Made by a program: the position numbers and the translations under genes
Origin: a virus
Taxonomy: Duplodnaviria; Caudoviricetes
Virus record (IMG/VR): IMGVR_UViG_3300028482_000001
Location: 16,556 to 80,555 of that record
Length of the DNA: 64,000 bases
Direction: 5' to 3' (one strand)
Notes under the pieces: model-generated
The model's input: only the letters and a program-made list of their open reading frames with translations
The model's database searches: none
Told to the model about the DNA's origin: nothing
Part shown: one piece after another, positions 9,039 through 18,642 of the stretch
How the letters are laid out: the number at the start of each line of letters is the position of its first letter
Position numbering within the stretch: the first letter of the stretch is position 1

Positions 9039-9980
9039 ATGGATCTATCGAAAAAAAACGAAACAAAACAACTAAATCAACCAAAAGGGCAATCGTTAAG
9101 AAATTGGATTGCCAAAATGAGTGATCAAATTAAATGTGCATTGCCACAGAATATCACTCCGGAAAGAATGATGAGAATTGCATTAACAGCGATCTCAAAA
9201 GATGAAAAATTAGCATCATCTACACCAGAAAGTTTTCTTGGTGCATTGCTTACATCAGCTCAATTAGGGCTTGAATGTAATACTCCATTAGGTCAGTCTT
9301 ACTTAATTGCTTTTTATAACAATAAGAAAGATTGCCTTGAAACTCAATTTCAATTGGGGTATCAAGGCTTGATTGATCTTTGCTATAGAACAAATCAATA
9401 CCAAACAATACAGGCTAGAATTGTATATGATGGTGATATATTTGAATATGAATACGGGATGAACGAACAGCTTATTCATAAACCAATGGGGAAAACAGCA
9501 AAGCCTGTTGCTGTATACGCCTACTACAAATTGGTAAATGGAGCAAAGGCATTCGAAGTAATGACCTGGGAGCAAGTGGAACACCACGCAAAGAAATATT
9601 CGCAGGCAGTAAGCAAGGGATATTCTTCCCCTTGGTCTACTGACCCTGAAAGTATGGCAAAGAAAACAGTGCTTAAAAAAGTGTTGAAATATGCGCCAAA
9701 GACAGTTGAAGTTGCAGAAGCTGTAAACAGTGATTCAGCAATTATCACTGCAAATACTATTCAGGATGGCAATACAATTAGTGTTGTGAAAGACTTTAAC
9801 TTTGATATAGGTGAAGTTGAAACAGTAGAATCTAAGCCTGTTAATGCAGTTGAGCACGCAGAAATTAAAGGAATTGAACAAGCATTTGATAATCCTGCAA
9901 CAATTTCAGAAGAAGAAAATAAAATGATTGATAAAGCTTTTGAAGATTCTCAACTAAAGTTTGGCGGAGATGTTTTTTAA
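9039..9980 (+). CDS. recT: RecT single-strand annealing recombinase
   Basis: 'TPERMMRIALT..SFLGALLTSAQLGLE..LGQSYLIAF..GYQGLIDL..MAKKTVLK'. Confidence 0.93.
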   Translation: MDLSKKNETKQLNQPKGQSLRNWIAKMSDQIKCALPQNITPERMMRIALTAISKDEKLASSTPESFLGALLTSAQLGLECNTPLGQSYLIAFYNNKKDCLETQFQLGYQGLIDLCYRTNQYQTIQARIVYDGDIFEYEYGMNEQLIHKPMGKTAKPVAVYAYYKLVNGAKAFEVMTWEQVEHHAKKYSQAVSKGYSSPWSTDPESMAKKTVLKKVLKYAPKTVEVAEAVNSDSAIITANTIQDGNTISVVKDFNFDIGEVETVESKPVNAVEHAEIKGIEQAFDNPATISEEENKMIDKAFEDSQLKFGGDVF

Positions 9981-10784
9981 TTGAAAATTACGAGTTTTTT
10001 TCATGGGCAGTTAATACACAATAAAATTGTCTTAGTTCCAAATGATCCTCGTGATAATTTTTTAATTGAAAAACTATTCAATTCAAAATATCAACGAGAA
10101 TGTAGGACAGAAAAAGAAATTTTATTGAAATGTGAAATAGATGCGGCTTTTCAGCATAGAACTTTCAAACAATTAGCTGCTGTATGGAAACTTGTAGAAA
10201 TAATTTTCTACTCGGAAAACGGGAGAAAGCCTACGGAAAGCGAAAAATATGAGTTATATCTTGATTTATTGGAATTATACGCGGATAAAATTCCGAACAG
10301 ATACAACAATGAATTGAGAGTAATTCATATTTCCGAAGCCAACACAATGGCCGCGGCTCATTTTATTTCCGGATTACTTTATCATTTAAATACAATGTGT
10401 AATTTGACAAACGATCTTGAAGCATCTGTTAGAAAAATATTGTATGAGTGGGAAATTTGGCGTGGGAAACAAATAGTAGACTTCGCCGATGAAGTATCTG
10501 TAACGGAATTAAGAAATAGAATTAGAGTTTCAGAAGCCACAGGAAGGCAACCTGTAGAGTTTCATCACATTATATCAAGAGGTGCCTGTCCTTTAGCAAT
10601 TGATAAAGCATGGAATTTGATTGCCTTAACCGATGAAGAACACAGGTTTTTCCATTCTGCAGGAATTGGAAAGTTTTTAGAGCGTTATCCACATCTTAAA
10701 AACAGATTTGAAAGGGCAAAGATAAAGTGTGAAGAATTACAAAAAAGTAGTTCTGTATTAGCAAAGGAGGTTCTTTGTGAATAA
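9981..10784 (+). CDS. Hypothetical protein with C-terminal HNH-like (DUF968-like) motif
   Basis: 'EFHHIISRGA..NLIALTDEEHRFFH..G'; TTG start. Confidence 0.5.
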   Translation: MKITSFFHGQLIHNKIVLVPNDPRDNFLIEKLFNSKYQRECRTEKEILLKCEIDAAFQHRTFKQLAAVWKLVEIIFYSENGRKPTESEKYELYLDLLELYADKIPNRYNNELRVIHISEANTMAAAHFISGLLYHLNTMCNLTNDLEASVRKILYEWEIWRGKQIVDFADEVSVTELRNRIRVSEATGRQPVEFHHIISRGACPLAIDKAWNLIALTDEEHRFFHSAGIGKFLERYPHLKNRFERAKIKCEELQKSSSVLAKEVLCE

Positions 10785-11112
10785 AAATAAATCAAAATTT
10801 TCTCATAAAGATTGGTATGAGAAAAACAAAGAAATTATAAAAGAAAAACAACGTCAATATTATGAAAAGATTAAGGAAACAAAACAAAAAAAAGCCTGGC
10901 TAAAACGAAATGTCGGAAAAAATGAAAATGAATATGAATATAAAAAACGAGGGAAATATGATTTAAAAGAATATGTAGCTTTTAATAACGCTCAAAGAAT
11001 AATTGATAAAAAAACTGCAATTATGAAGCAATTAAAAATTACTTCGGAGTTATTTTATGAATTATTAGAAAATGGAACTTCACATAAAGGATGGTGTATC
11101 GATGAAGCTTAA
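10777..11112 (+). CDS. Basic hypothetical protein
   Basis: Operon-coupled ORF. Confidence 0.6.
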   Translation: MNKNKSKFSHKDWYEKNKEIIKEKQRQYYEKIKETKQKKAWLKRNVGKNENEYEYKKRGKYDLKEYVAFNNAQRIIDKKTAIMKQLKITSELFYELLENGTSHKGWCIDEA

Positions 11113-11368
11113 ATTTAATTTTTATTTAGTTTATCTTAACGACTTAAACAAATTGAATGCCTTTCAGTTTAAAAAAGTTGTAAATGCTTTAGTAAAATAC
11201 ATGGAAAAAAGAACAATTCCTCAAAATTTATCCAAAAAAGGCTTTGATGTGTTTGTCAAAATAATGCCTATATTGGATTTAGAATTGAAAGAGTATGTTT
11301 TAAGTATGGCAAGATCACTATCTGGAAAAAAAGGGGCAAAAAAAAGATGGAAAATGTCTAATAAATAG
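11102..11368 (+). CDS. DUF6291-like protein (short)
   Basis: 'LNKLNAFQFKKVVNALVKY..SLSGKKGAKKRW' resembles the N-terminal DUF6291 domain of phage initiators; stops at a repeat tract. Confidence 0.55.
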   Translation: MKLKFNFYLVYLNDLNKLNAFQFKKVVNALVKYMEKRTIPQNLSKKGFDVFVKIMPILDLELKEYVLSMARSLSGKKGAKKRWKMSNK

Positions 11369-11418
11369 CAAATATATAGCAAATATATAGCAAATTATAG
11401 CAAATTATAGCAAAAATA
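11364..11418 (+). repeat. Five tandem ATAGCAAAT(AT/T) repeats (iteron-like)
   Basis: atagcaaatat-atagcaaatat-atagcaaatt-atagcaaatt-atagcaaaa. Confidence 0.9.
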
Positions 11419-11429
11419 GGAGATATAAA

Positions 11430-12296
11430 ATGAGTACACAACGATATATAGACACTTCTTTTTGGGATGATACATGGGTTCAAGAACTCGATCCATCGGA
11501 AAAACTATTGTATATCTATTTACTGACAAATCCACTAACAAACATAGCAGGTGTAATGGAATTGACAATTAAAAGAATCTGTTTTGATACAGGATTTAAT
11601 TCTGATACCGTAACTCATATTTTGAGAAAGTTTGAAAATGCAAAAAAAGTTTACAGATATAATAATTATATTATTATAAGAAACTTCCCAAAACATCAAC
11701 AACTTAAAAGCGAGAATGTAATCAAAGGAATTGCCACTATTTTAAGTAAGTTATCTGACGATGTTTTAGCATATCTAGAAAAAATTGAATATCAATTTGA
11801 TATTAGGGGCGTTTTTGATACCCTATGTATACCCTATACATACCCTTCGAACTATTTAAATTTAGATTTAAATTTAGATTTAAATTTAGATTTAAATTCA
11901 AATTCGGACTCTGATTTATCACAAACAACAGAAAAATTAGATAATGAAACTGAATTAATTCAAAACAAAACAGAAATTATAACTAAAACAAAAAAAACAA
12001 AACCTATAAAACATAAACATGGGGAATTTCAAAATGTTTTACTTTCTGATGTTGAATTTAACAAATTAAAAACAGAATACGGTGAAGAAAAAGTACTAAA
12101 TATAATACAGCACTTTTCAGAACTAAAAGAAATGAAAGGATACAAATATAATTCTGATTATTTAGCATTAAAAAAATGGGGCATAGAATCCTATGAAAAA
12201 AGAACTTATTCCGCCAATTCATTAAAAGAACAGGGAAAAAAATGGCGGCCAGATAAAAAAGATTTAGATATATTAGACAAGATAACTGTGAGGTAA
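11430..12296 (+). CDS. Phage replication initiator (replisome organiser)
   Basis: 'DTSFWDDTWV..LSEKLLYIYLLTNP..' N-terminal wHTH pattern, central low-complexity linker, upstream of DnaC-like gene. Confidence 0.85.
   Translation: MSTQRYIDTSFWDDTWVQELDPSEKLLYIYLLTNPLTNIAGVMELTIKRICFDTGFNSDTVTHILRKFENAKKVYRYNNYIIIRNFPKHQQLKSENVIKGIATILSKLSDDVLAYLEKIEYQFDIRGVFDTLCIPYTYPSNYLNLDLNLDLNLDLNSNSDSDLSQTTEKLDNETELIQNKTEIITKTKKTKPIKHKHGEFQNVLLSDVEFNKLKTEYGEEKVLNIIQHFSELKEMKGYKYNSDYLALKKWGIESYEKRTYSANSLKEQGKKWRPDKKDLDILDKITVR
11817..11906 (+). repeat. Intragenic repeats: ATACCCT x3 and 12-bp ATTTAAATTTAG x3
   Basis: gataccctatgtataccctatacataccct; atttaaatttag repeats encoding LNLDLNLDLNLDLN. Confidence 0.85.
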
Positions 12297-12298
12297 AT

Positions 12299-12967
12299 AT
12301 GGACTCTGTCAAAACAATTTTAAACAATATCGTTGTTGATTCTCAAAAAGCAGACGAGTATGAAAAAATGATAAAGAATCAAACAATGAAAGAAGAAAAA
12401 GCTAGTTTAGAATATAATTTTAAGCATATATCAGGTGTGCCAAAAAGATATTTACAAGAATCATTGGGAACATGGGAATGCAGTTCCGAAGGAGATATAG
12501 TTAATTTACGAACAATTCAACGTTTCGTAGAAATAAAAAATCAAAACAAAATTTTGGCTTTATTAGGTAATTACGGTACAGGTAAAACTCATCTCGGATG
12601 TAGCATAATTAGAGAGATGGGAGGACTTTACGTTACAAGCCAGAAGTTATGTATTGAGTATGAAAGTGGATCAGATTTTAAAGCAGAAGCTAATAAAATG
12701 CAAATTTTGAGAAAATACTCAACTGCTCCAATGTTAATAATTGACGAAGTTGGTAGAGGATTTAAGCCAGATTTAGAAAAAGAAATTATATCTTTTATCA
12801 TTTCTGAACGATATGCGAATGATTTGCCAATGGGAATAATTTCAAATTTCAAAAAAGATGGGTTTGTGAGATTTATCGGCGATGCAATGTACGACAGATT
12901 TTCAGAGGTGGGAATCATCCTAGAATTTTTAGGACGTAGCAAGCGATTTGATAAACGAGTTTCTTAA
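12299..12967 (+). CDS. DnaC/IstB-like ATPase (helicase loader)
   Basis: Walker A 'GNYGTGKTHL', Walker B 'LIIDEVG', 'IISNF', 'DRF'. Confidence 0.9.
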   Translation: MDSVKTILNNIVVDSQKADEYEKMIKNQTMKEEKASLEYNFKHISGVPKRYLQESLGTWECSSEGDIVNLRTIQRFVEIKNQNKILALLGNYGTGKTHLGCSIIREMGGLYVTSQKLCIEYESGSDFKAEANKMQILRKYSTAPMLIIDEVGRGFKPDLEKEIISFIISERYANDLPMGIISNFKKDGFVRFIGDAMYDRFSEVGIILEFLGRSKRFDKRVS

Positions 12968-12986
12968 AACAGGAGGAATAAAAAAA

Positions 12987-13409
12987 ATGACAGACATTAA
13001 TCATGTTAATTTAATTGGGCGAATGACTAAAGATTTGGAAGAGGGAAGTTTTGGTTATACAAATACTGGAACAGCTAGAGCCAATATTAGTATTGCTGTA
13101 AACAGAAGTCGAAAAAATGGTGATCAGTGGGTTGATGAAGTTAGTTACTTTGAGGTAACTATTTGGGGAAAAACTGCGGAAAATTTAAAACCTTTTTTAA
13201 CTAAGGGTAAACAAATTGCAGTAGATGGTTATTTACGACAGGATCGTTGGGAAAAAGACGGTAAAAAGAATAGCAGAGTTGTAATTGTTGCAGAAACTGT
13301 TCAACTTCTTGGCGGTAACAAAACAGAGCAATCTACTTCTGTTTTGGAAACATACACAAACAAAGAAGCACATGATAATTTTCATGGCGATGATACAATT
13401 CCATTTTAA
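12987..13409 (+). CDS. ssb: Single-stranded DNA-binding protein
   Basis: 'NHVNLIGRMTKD..VTIWGKTAE..KGKQIAVDGYL..' and acidic C-terminal 'DDTIPF'. Confidence 0.95.
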   Translation: MTDINHVNLIGRMTKDLEEGSFGYTNTGTARANISIAVNRSRKNGDQWVDEVSYFEVTIWGKTAENLKPFLTKGKQIAVDGYLRQDRWEKDGKKNSRVVIVAETVQLLGGNKTEQSTSVLETYTNKEAHDNFHGDDTIPF

Positions 13410-13430
13410 TATTTCCTGAAGGAGGGGAAA

Positions 13431-13766
13431 ATGAAAAAACAAATAGTTTTATTTATTGGGGTAGGCTTACTAATTATTGGGTCTATTTTGGCATGTTCTA
13501 CAAACATTGTATCTGATATTCCAGCTTTGGCAATATCAGCATTTGGACTAGGAACTTTGATTGTTTCAATTTTTCAAAAAGCAGAAAAAAAAGATTGGGT
13601 AACAGTTTCATCAATCATTTTTGTTTCTATTGGGGCTTTTTGTTGTGCTGTCGCTAGTCTATCACAAGATACAATGACAAAGGTGATTGCGACAGTAATT
13701 GCGTTAATCACACTTTTACTTGGAATTTTTGTTCCTTCGATTGTGGCAAAAATTAAAAAATCTTAA
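13431..13766 (+). CDS. Four-TM membrane protein (possible holin-like)
   Basis: Four hydrophobic helices and a basic C-terminus. Confidence 0.5.
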   Translation: MKKQIVLFIGVGLLIIGSILACSTNIVSDIPALAISAFGLGTLIVSIFQKAEKKDWVTVSSIIFVSIGAFCCAVASLSQDTMTKVIATVIALITLLLGIFVPSIVAKIKKS

Positions 13767-13782
13767 TTCAAGGAGAGATACT

Positions 13783-13965
13783 TTGCAACTTGATAAGAGT
13801 AAAAAGTTTTTTGATGCAACTAAAATTCTTATTGAAAGCCTTGAGCTTAATAAAGATTTGAAAACTAACTCTGACAAGCTTGCAGAGTATCTTTTGAATA
13901 CTTTATATGCAATGGAAATTTTTATTAAAAATAATACAGGTAATTTTAATAATTTTGGCTATTAA
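13783..13965 (+). CDS. Small hypothetical protein
   Basis: TTG start with RBS aggag. Confidence 0.45.
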   Translation: MQLDKSKKFFDATKILIESLELNKDLKTNSDKLAEYLLNTLYAMEIFIKNNTGNFNNFGY

Positions 13966-14079
13966 TATTTTCGCACTTGTTTTAATTTGTTTGTTTTTGA
14001 GATATACAAATACATTAATGATTGCAATATTTAATTTTTTTATCGCTAGTTCTTTAATTTATATTTTAGGAAGTTTATC

Positions 14080-14433
14080 ATGAAAAAAATTTATGTATCA
14101 GGTAAAATAGGGAATTTGCCTAGAAGTGTTTGGGAAATGAAGTTTCTTAGAATTAAAAACTTATTGGCAAATAAATATGATGAAGTTGTTACACCTAGCG
14201 AAATTTGCAAAAAAGTTGAAAAAGAATTTGGAGTGGTAGATTATGCAACATATTTAGCCGCCGATATTGTTACAATTTCGGATTGTAGTCATATTTTTAT
14301 GATGAAAGACTGGAGAAAATCCCCAGGCGCAAAAGTAGAAAGAGCATATGCAAAAGCGTGTGGAATTAAAGTAGTCTATGAAAGGTGGGAGAATTTAAAA
14401 ACAAAATGGGAATGTATTTTCAAAAAAAATTAA
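14080..14433 (+). CDS. DUF4406-family protein (deoxyribosyltransferase-like fold)
   Basis: 'KIYVSGKI..DCSHIFMMKDWRKSPGAKVERAYAKACGIKV'. Confidence 0.85.
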   Translation: MKKIYVSGKIGNLPRSVWEMKFLRIKNLLANKYDEVVTPSEICKKVEKEFGVVDYATYLAADIVTISDCSHIFMMKDWRKSPGAKVERAYAKACGIKVVYERWENLKTKWECIFKKN

Positions 14434-14753
14434 AATATAAAAATATAAAAGTTGAAATTGATGGTATCAAGTTTGATTCAAAAAAAGAAGCAAATAAATA
14501 TCAAGAATTAATGATGTTGCAAAAAGCAGGTGTTATTAGCAATTTGCAAAGGCAAGTAAAATTCGAAGTTTGCCCTAAATCGGCGACAGAGAGAGCATCA
14601 TTTTACGTCGCGGACTTCGTTTATACGCAAGCAGACGGAAAAAAAATTATTATGGACGTAAAGTCTGAAATTACAAGAAAATTGGCAGTGTATATTTTAA
14701 AAAGAAAGTTGGTTAAAAATCTGTATAAAGATTATATTTTTTTGGAAAGTTAA
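14385..14753 (+). CDS. DUF1064-family PD-(D/E)XK nuclease
   Basis: 'KYKNIKVEIDGIKFDSKKEA..LQRQVKF..YVADFVY..DVKS'. Confidence 0.88.
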   Translation: MGEFKNKMGMYFQKKLKYKNIKVEIDGIKFDSKKEANKYQELMMLQKAGVISNLQRQVKFEVCPKSATERASFYVADFVYTQADGKKIIMDVKSEITRKLAVYILKRKLVKNLYKDYIFLES

Positions 14754-14822
14754 TATTATTTTTAATACTTAATATATCAAAAAAGTATTGAAATTAATCA
14801 TACATTGTATTAAAATTAAAAT

Positions 14823-15116
14823 ATGAATACAAAAAATTTTATTAGAAATGAACTATTAGCCAAACAAAAAGAAAAGTTTATTGGAACTTTAAAGTTCGGC
14901 ATAGAACATGGAGTAATTGTTTCAGAAGTGTTGAACAACAAACCTGTGGATGAAAAAGAAAGTTTTGATTTTGATCTTAACTTTCTTGATTCTGATTTTT
15001 TTGGCAATGTAGAATTTAAAATATGGCAAGGAATTGTTACTTCTTGTACATTTCAACAAACTTTTCAGGGAAACAGCCTGCAAAGGAGAATAAATGCAAA
15101 TTTGTCAAGAATGTAA
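14823..15116 (+). CDS. Hypothetical protein
   Basis: 97-aa ORF after a promoter-like AT tract. Confidence 0.55.
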   Translation: MNTKNFIRNELLAKQKEKFIGTLKFGIEHGVIVSEVLNNKPVDEKESFDFDLNFLDSDFFGNVEFKIWQGIVTSCTFQQTFQGNSLQRRINANLSRM

Positions 15117-15264
15117 ACAGCCAGTAATTTACATCGCTGTAAAAAATGACAGAGTTGTTAAATGTGATGCAGAACCATTAGAGGTATATACACAATTAGG
15201 ACGAAAATTTTGGGCGTATACAAAACATCGGTGTGAGGGAAAAAATGAAAATAGAAATGCTTAA
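15094..15264 (+). CDS. Small Zn-ribbon-like protein
   Basis: MQICQECKQPVIY...KHRC, 56 aa, RBS aaggag; below the ORF-track cutoff. Confidence 0.55.
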   Translation: MQICQECKQPVIYIAVKNDRVVKCDAEPLEVYTQLGRKFWAYTKHRCEGKNENRNA

Positions 15265-15511
15265 TAATAAAGTTTTAGTTAGCATAAAACAAAAACAAAC
15301 AAAAACTAAATCAGGGATTATTTTGCCCGAAGAAAAGAACGAAAGAATTGTTATGTGTAAAGTTGAGGCTGTTCCTGTAAATATTGATGTGCCAATAACT
15401 AAAGGCGATTTTATTTATGCTGATAAATATAAACTTACAGAATGTGAAATTGATGGCAAAGGATTTATAGTTGATGCAGATGATATTCTAGCAGTTGTAG
15501 ATATGGCATAG
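15245..15511 (+). CDS. groES: GroES-like co-chaperonin
   Basis: 'LNNKVLV..KTKSGIILP..KGDFIYADKY..IDGKGFIVDADDILAVV' matches the GroES mobile loop and C-terminus. Confidence 0.88.
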   Translation: MKIEMLNNKVLVSIKQKQTKTKSGIILPEEKNERIVMCKVEAVPVNIDVPITKGDFIYADKYKLTECEIDGKGFIVDADDILAVVDMA

Positions 15512-15527
15512 CCTAGAGGTGAAAAAA

Positions 15528-16238
15528 ATGGCGAAGGAAAAGTATACAGATACATTGCCAGATGGCTCAATCATTGACTTAGATGCCTACGATTGGGGTG
15601 GTGTAAAACTTCTTAAAAGACAAAAGCTATTAATTATTTGGTATACAACTCCAGGACAAAATGGATATAAAAATCCTACAGTTGCAGCTCAAAAAGCTGG
15701 GTATTCTACAAAAACTTCGTATGTTGCTAAACACAAACTTATTCGGGAATGTCCTGCTGTGGTTAATTTAATTAAGAAATTTACAGATGAACAAATTAAA
15801 GTGTCTGTAAAAGATGCTGTTGATAAATTAATCACGCAAAAAATTTCGAGGGCCACATATAATATTAAGGATTTTTACACAAATACAGAAATAGAAAACC
15901 CTGAAACAGGAGTAACTAGACAGATTACATCTGTTATCCCTTTAGAAGAACTTGACAGAGAAAAAGCGGCGATAATTGATAACATCGAGATTAACAATGT
16001 CGGTATTACGACATATAAATTACCAAACAGAGAAAAAGAAACAAACGATTTGATTAAATTAAACGAACAACTTAATGGCAATGCAAATAGCAATGAATAT
16101 GACGTTGAAACTACTCTGGACGTAATCAAAGAAAACTTCGCATCAGTTAAAACAACAATTAAACTTAGAAATCAAGAAATTAGAGAAGCTGCTGGCGAAT
16201 ACATCGAAACTAACGAGAATCAGCCTGATTATGATTAA
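15528..16238 (+). CDS. terS: Terminase small subunit
   Basis: 'NPTVAAQKAGYSTKTSY' HTH motif; directly upstream of TerL. Confidence 0.75.
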   Translation: MAKEKYTDTLPDGSIIDLDAYDWGGVKLLKRQKLLIIWYTTPGQNGYKNPTVAAQKAGYSTKTSYVAKHKLIRECPAVVNLIKKFTDEQIKVSVKDAVDKLITQKISRATYNIKDFYTNTEIENPETGVTRQITSVIPLEELDREKAAIIDNIEINNVGITTYKLPNREKETNDLIKLNEQLNGNANSNEYDVETTLDVIKENFASVKTTIKLRNQEIREAAGEYIETNENQPDYD

Positions 16239-16346
16239 AATTAATAAGAAAATATTCAAAATTTATCACTTTTTTGAAGTTTTTTTATCAAAAAAGTAGA
16301 GTTTTTATATTTTATTTTATCATTTTTTATAAAATAGGGGTTCTTT

Positions 16347-17969
16347 GTGGAAAAATTAACACCAGATGAAAGATTAGATTATCTTTATGCTTATTGTAAA
16401 TTTGATGATAAGCAACTTGTACTAGACCCTTGGCAAGAAGATTTTATTTTATCAACTAAACAATTTATTTCAATTCTTAAATCAAGACGTACTGGGTTTT
16501 CTTTTGCAACAGGTTTAAAAGGTTTGTCAAAAGCCTTAGATCCTGGTAGACAAAAGTATGTTAAACAATTTGTATCTTACAACGAATCCGACGCACAAGA
16601 AAAAATTAGGTACATACGCGAGTTTTATGATTCTATTCCGAATTTTGCAAAGAAAAAAATTATCACAGAAAATAAATCAGAAATTGAATTATTGGACGCA
16701 AATGGGAAAACTACATCTCGTTTAATTTCAATGCCTTGTAGACCACCTCGTGGAAAAGGTGGAGATATTTCTCTTGATGAATACGGTATATTTCTTCCTA
16801 ATATGTCTAAATTAGTATACACTGCTGCTTTGTATGTTATTTCTCGTGGTGGAACAATTGAAGTAGGTTCAACACCTTTAGGATGTATTGGTCGCTTTTA
16901 TGAAATCTGCACAGACAAGAAAAAATATCCTGCTTATCAAAGGTTTAATGTTCCTTGGTGGTTTTCTACTGCTCTGTGTATTGATGTAGGAACAGCTGTA
17001 CGTGAAGCACCTAATATGAACACAGAAGAAAGAGTCGAGAAATTTGCAACAGAAACACTTAAAGAAATATTTAGAAACGATGTTTTAGAAGATTTTCAGC
17101 AAGAGTGTGAATGTCTGTTCATTGATAGTGCCGAAAGTTATATCACTTTAGAAGAAATTTATTCCTGTACTCCTGGAATGAATGAAGATTATTCCAATGA
17201 AGATTTAGAAAAAGATTTAGAATTTGGTGAGGCAGACAGTTTCTTTGGTAAAGAATTACAAATTTGCAAGACTGTAGATGATATGTGTACTACAGAATAC
17301 AATCCGGAAAAACATGGAGTATTGTATTTAGGGTATGATATTGCAAAAAAAAGAGATGCTGCAAGTATTTTTGTTTTGGGGCTTTTACCAAATGGCAAAA
17401 AGAAAGTTTTTGGGTATGAAGAATTAAGGGGTAAAGATTTTGAATATCAAATTGCAGCAATAAAAAGATTAAATCAGGCATTGCCTATTAGAAGAATGTG
17501 TATTGACTGTACGGGAATGGGGTTGCCTATTCTGGAAAGACTTGAAAAAGATATTGGAAAAGCAAAAGTTGAGGGAATATATTTTACTGCACAGGCAAAA
17601 GAAGAAATGGCACAAGGAATAAAATTAGGTTTGCAACACAGAGAGTTTATTTTGCCTAATGATAAAAACTTGCATCATCAAATACACAGTATCAGAAGAA
17701 TTGCAACTAGTGGAAATAATTTTAGGTATGATGCAGATAGAGATGAGAACGGACATGCAGATACATTTTGGAGTTTTGCACTTGCAAATTTAGCTTGTGG
17801 AGATTCAAGAACTAATGGCTTTTATGAACAACGAGCAGAGAAAAAAATTAAAGAAAAACTGGCTCAAAAATCAATAAAACAAACAAATGATCAGAATGGA
17901 GAAAAAGATAGTGTAATTCAAAAGGGGAAAAGTTTAAGACAAATTAATAAAATGTTTGGGTATAGATAA
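16347..17969 (+). CDS. terL: Terminase large subunit (Mu gp28-like)
   Basis: 'LKSRRTGFS', 'DISLDE', 'FQQECECLF', 'GYDIAKKRD', 'HADTFWSFALA'. Confidence 0.92.
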   Translation: MEKLTPDERLDYLYAYCKFDDKQLVLDPWQEDFILSTKQFISILKSRRTGFSFATGLKGLSKALDPGRQKYVKQFVSYNESDAQEKIRYIREFYDSIPNFAKKKIITENKSEIELLDANGKTTSRLISMPCRPPRGKGGDISLDEYGIFLPNMSKLVYTAALYVISRGGTIEVGSTPLGCIGRFYEICTDKKKYPAYQRFNVPWWFSTALCIDVGTAVREAPNMNTEERVEKFATETLKEIFRNDVLEDFQQECECLFIDSAESYITLEEIYSCTPGMNEDYSNEDLEKDLEFGEADSFFGKELQICKTVDDMCTTEYNPEKHGVLYLGYDIAKKRDAASIFVLGLLPNGKKKVFGYEELRGKDFEYQIAAIKRLNQALPIRRMCIDCTGMGLPILERLEKDIGKAKVEGIYFTAQAKEEMAQGIKLGLQHREFILPNDKNLHHQIHSIRRIATSGNNFRYDADRDENGHADTFWSFALANLACGDSRTNGFYEQRAEKKIKEKLAQKSIKQTNDQNGEKDSVIQKGKSLRQINKMFGYR

Positions 17970-18001
17970 AATGGGAGAAAAAAAAGGAGCTTAGAAAAAA
18001 A

Positions 18002-18631
18002 ATGGTAAAATTGGTTATCAAGAAATCTGCTTATGTAGAGCTTTTAAAATCTTTTGGAGTGAAATACAAATATAAAAAACTCATAAATGGAAAATGGAGA
18101 TATTACTATGCGGATGATAGGGAAATATCTGTTAGATGGCATGAACACAATGCAACAAAACAAGAATTAAGAACTTTTATACACGATACAATAACTAATC
18201 CAAATTATGATGAAAATATTAAATTGTGTGATATACCTAGTCATTTTTCAAACAAACTTAAACTAAAATTAGGGATAAATATAGACAGTTTAACAATGGG
18301 AAGTTCTGAATTAAGACATTCGTTAAATCTAAGAAAACATAATATATCATCGGAAGATATTTTATTATTCAGACGAACAATACAAAATAAACATACAATT
18401 ATTCGTTATGAAGGTACTTCAAGAAGAAGAAAAACTAATTTGATAAAATTTAAAGGATATTCAAGAGGTACTATTTATTTTATAGCTAGTTATAATAAAT
18501 ACGGAGAATTAAAACTGTTTGATTGTTATAGGGAAGGCAAAATAGAAAAATCTGTGAGACTTCCATGTACATGCCCGGAAGCTAACGCCCTTGACGATTC
18601 ACAGCCTATACTTATAGTAACGCTTTTATAA
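18002..18631 (+). CDS. Putative head-cargo protein with PBECR3-like RNase domain
   Basis: N-terminal 'KLVIKKS..LLKS..KYKYKK.NGKWRYYY'; core 'LGINIDSLTMGSSELRHSLNLRKHNISSEDILL' resembles BECR-fold phage nucleases. Confidence 0.55.
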   Translation: MVKLVIKKSAYVELLKSFGVKYKYKKLINGKWRYYYADDREISVRWHEHNATKQELRTFIHDTITNPNYDENIKLCDIPSHFSNKLKLKLGINIDSLTMGSSELRHSLNLRKHNISSEDILLFRRTIQNKHTIIRYEGTSRRRKTNLIKFKGYSRGTIYFIASYNKYGELKLFDCYREGKIEKSVRLPCTCPEANALDDSQPILIVTLL

Positions 18632-18642
18632 AAAATTGTCAA
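18545..18642 (-). ncRNA. Antisense promoter plus ~62-nt hairpin sRNA (copy 1)
   Basis: Minus-strand TTGACA(18642-18637)-17-TACTAT; CUGUGA/UCACAG closing stem, internal CUUCC/GGAAG stem, U5. Confidence 0.55.
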
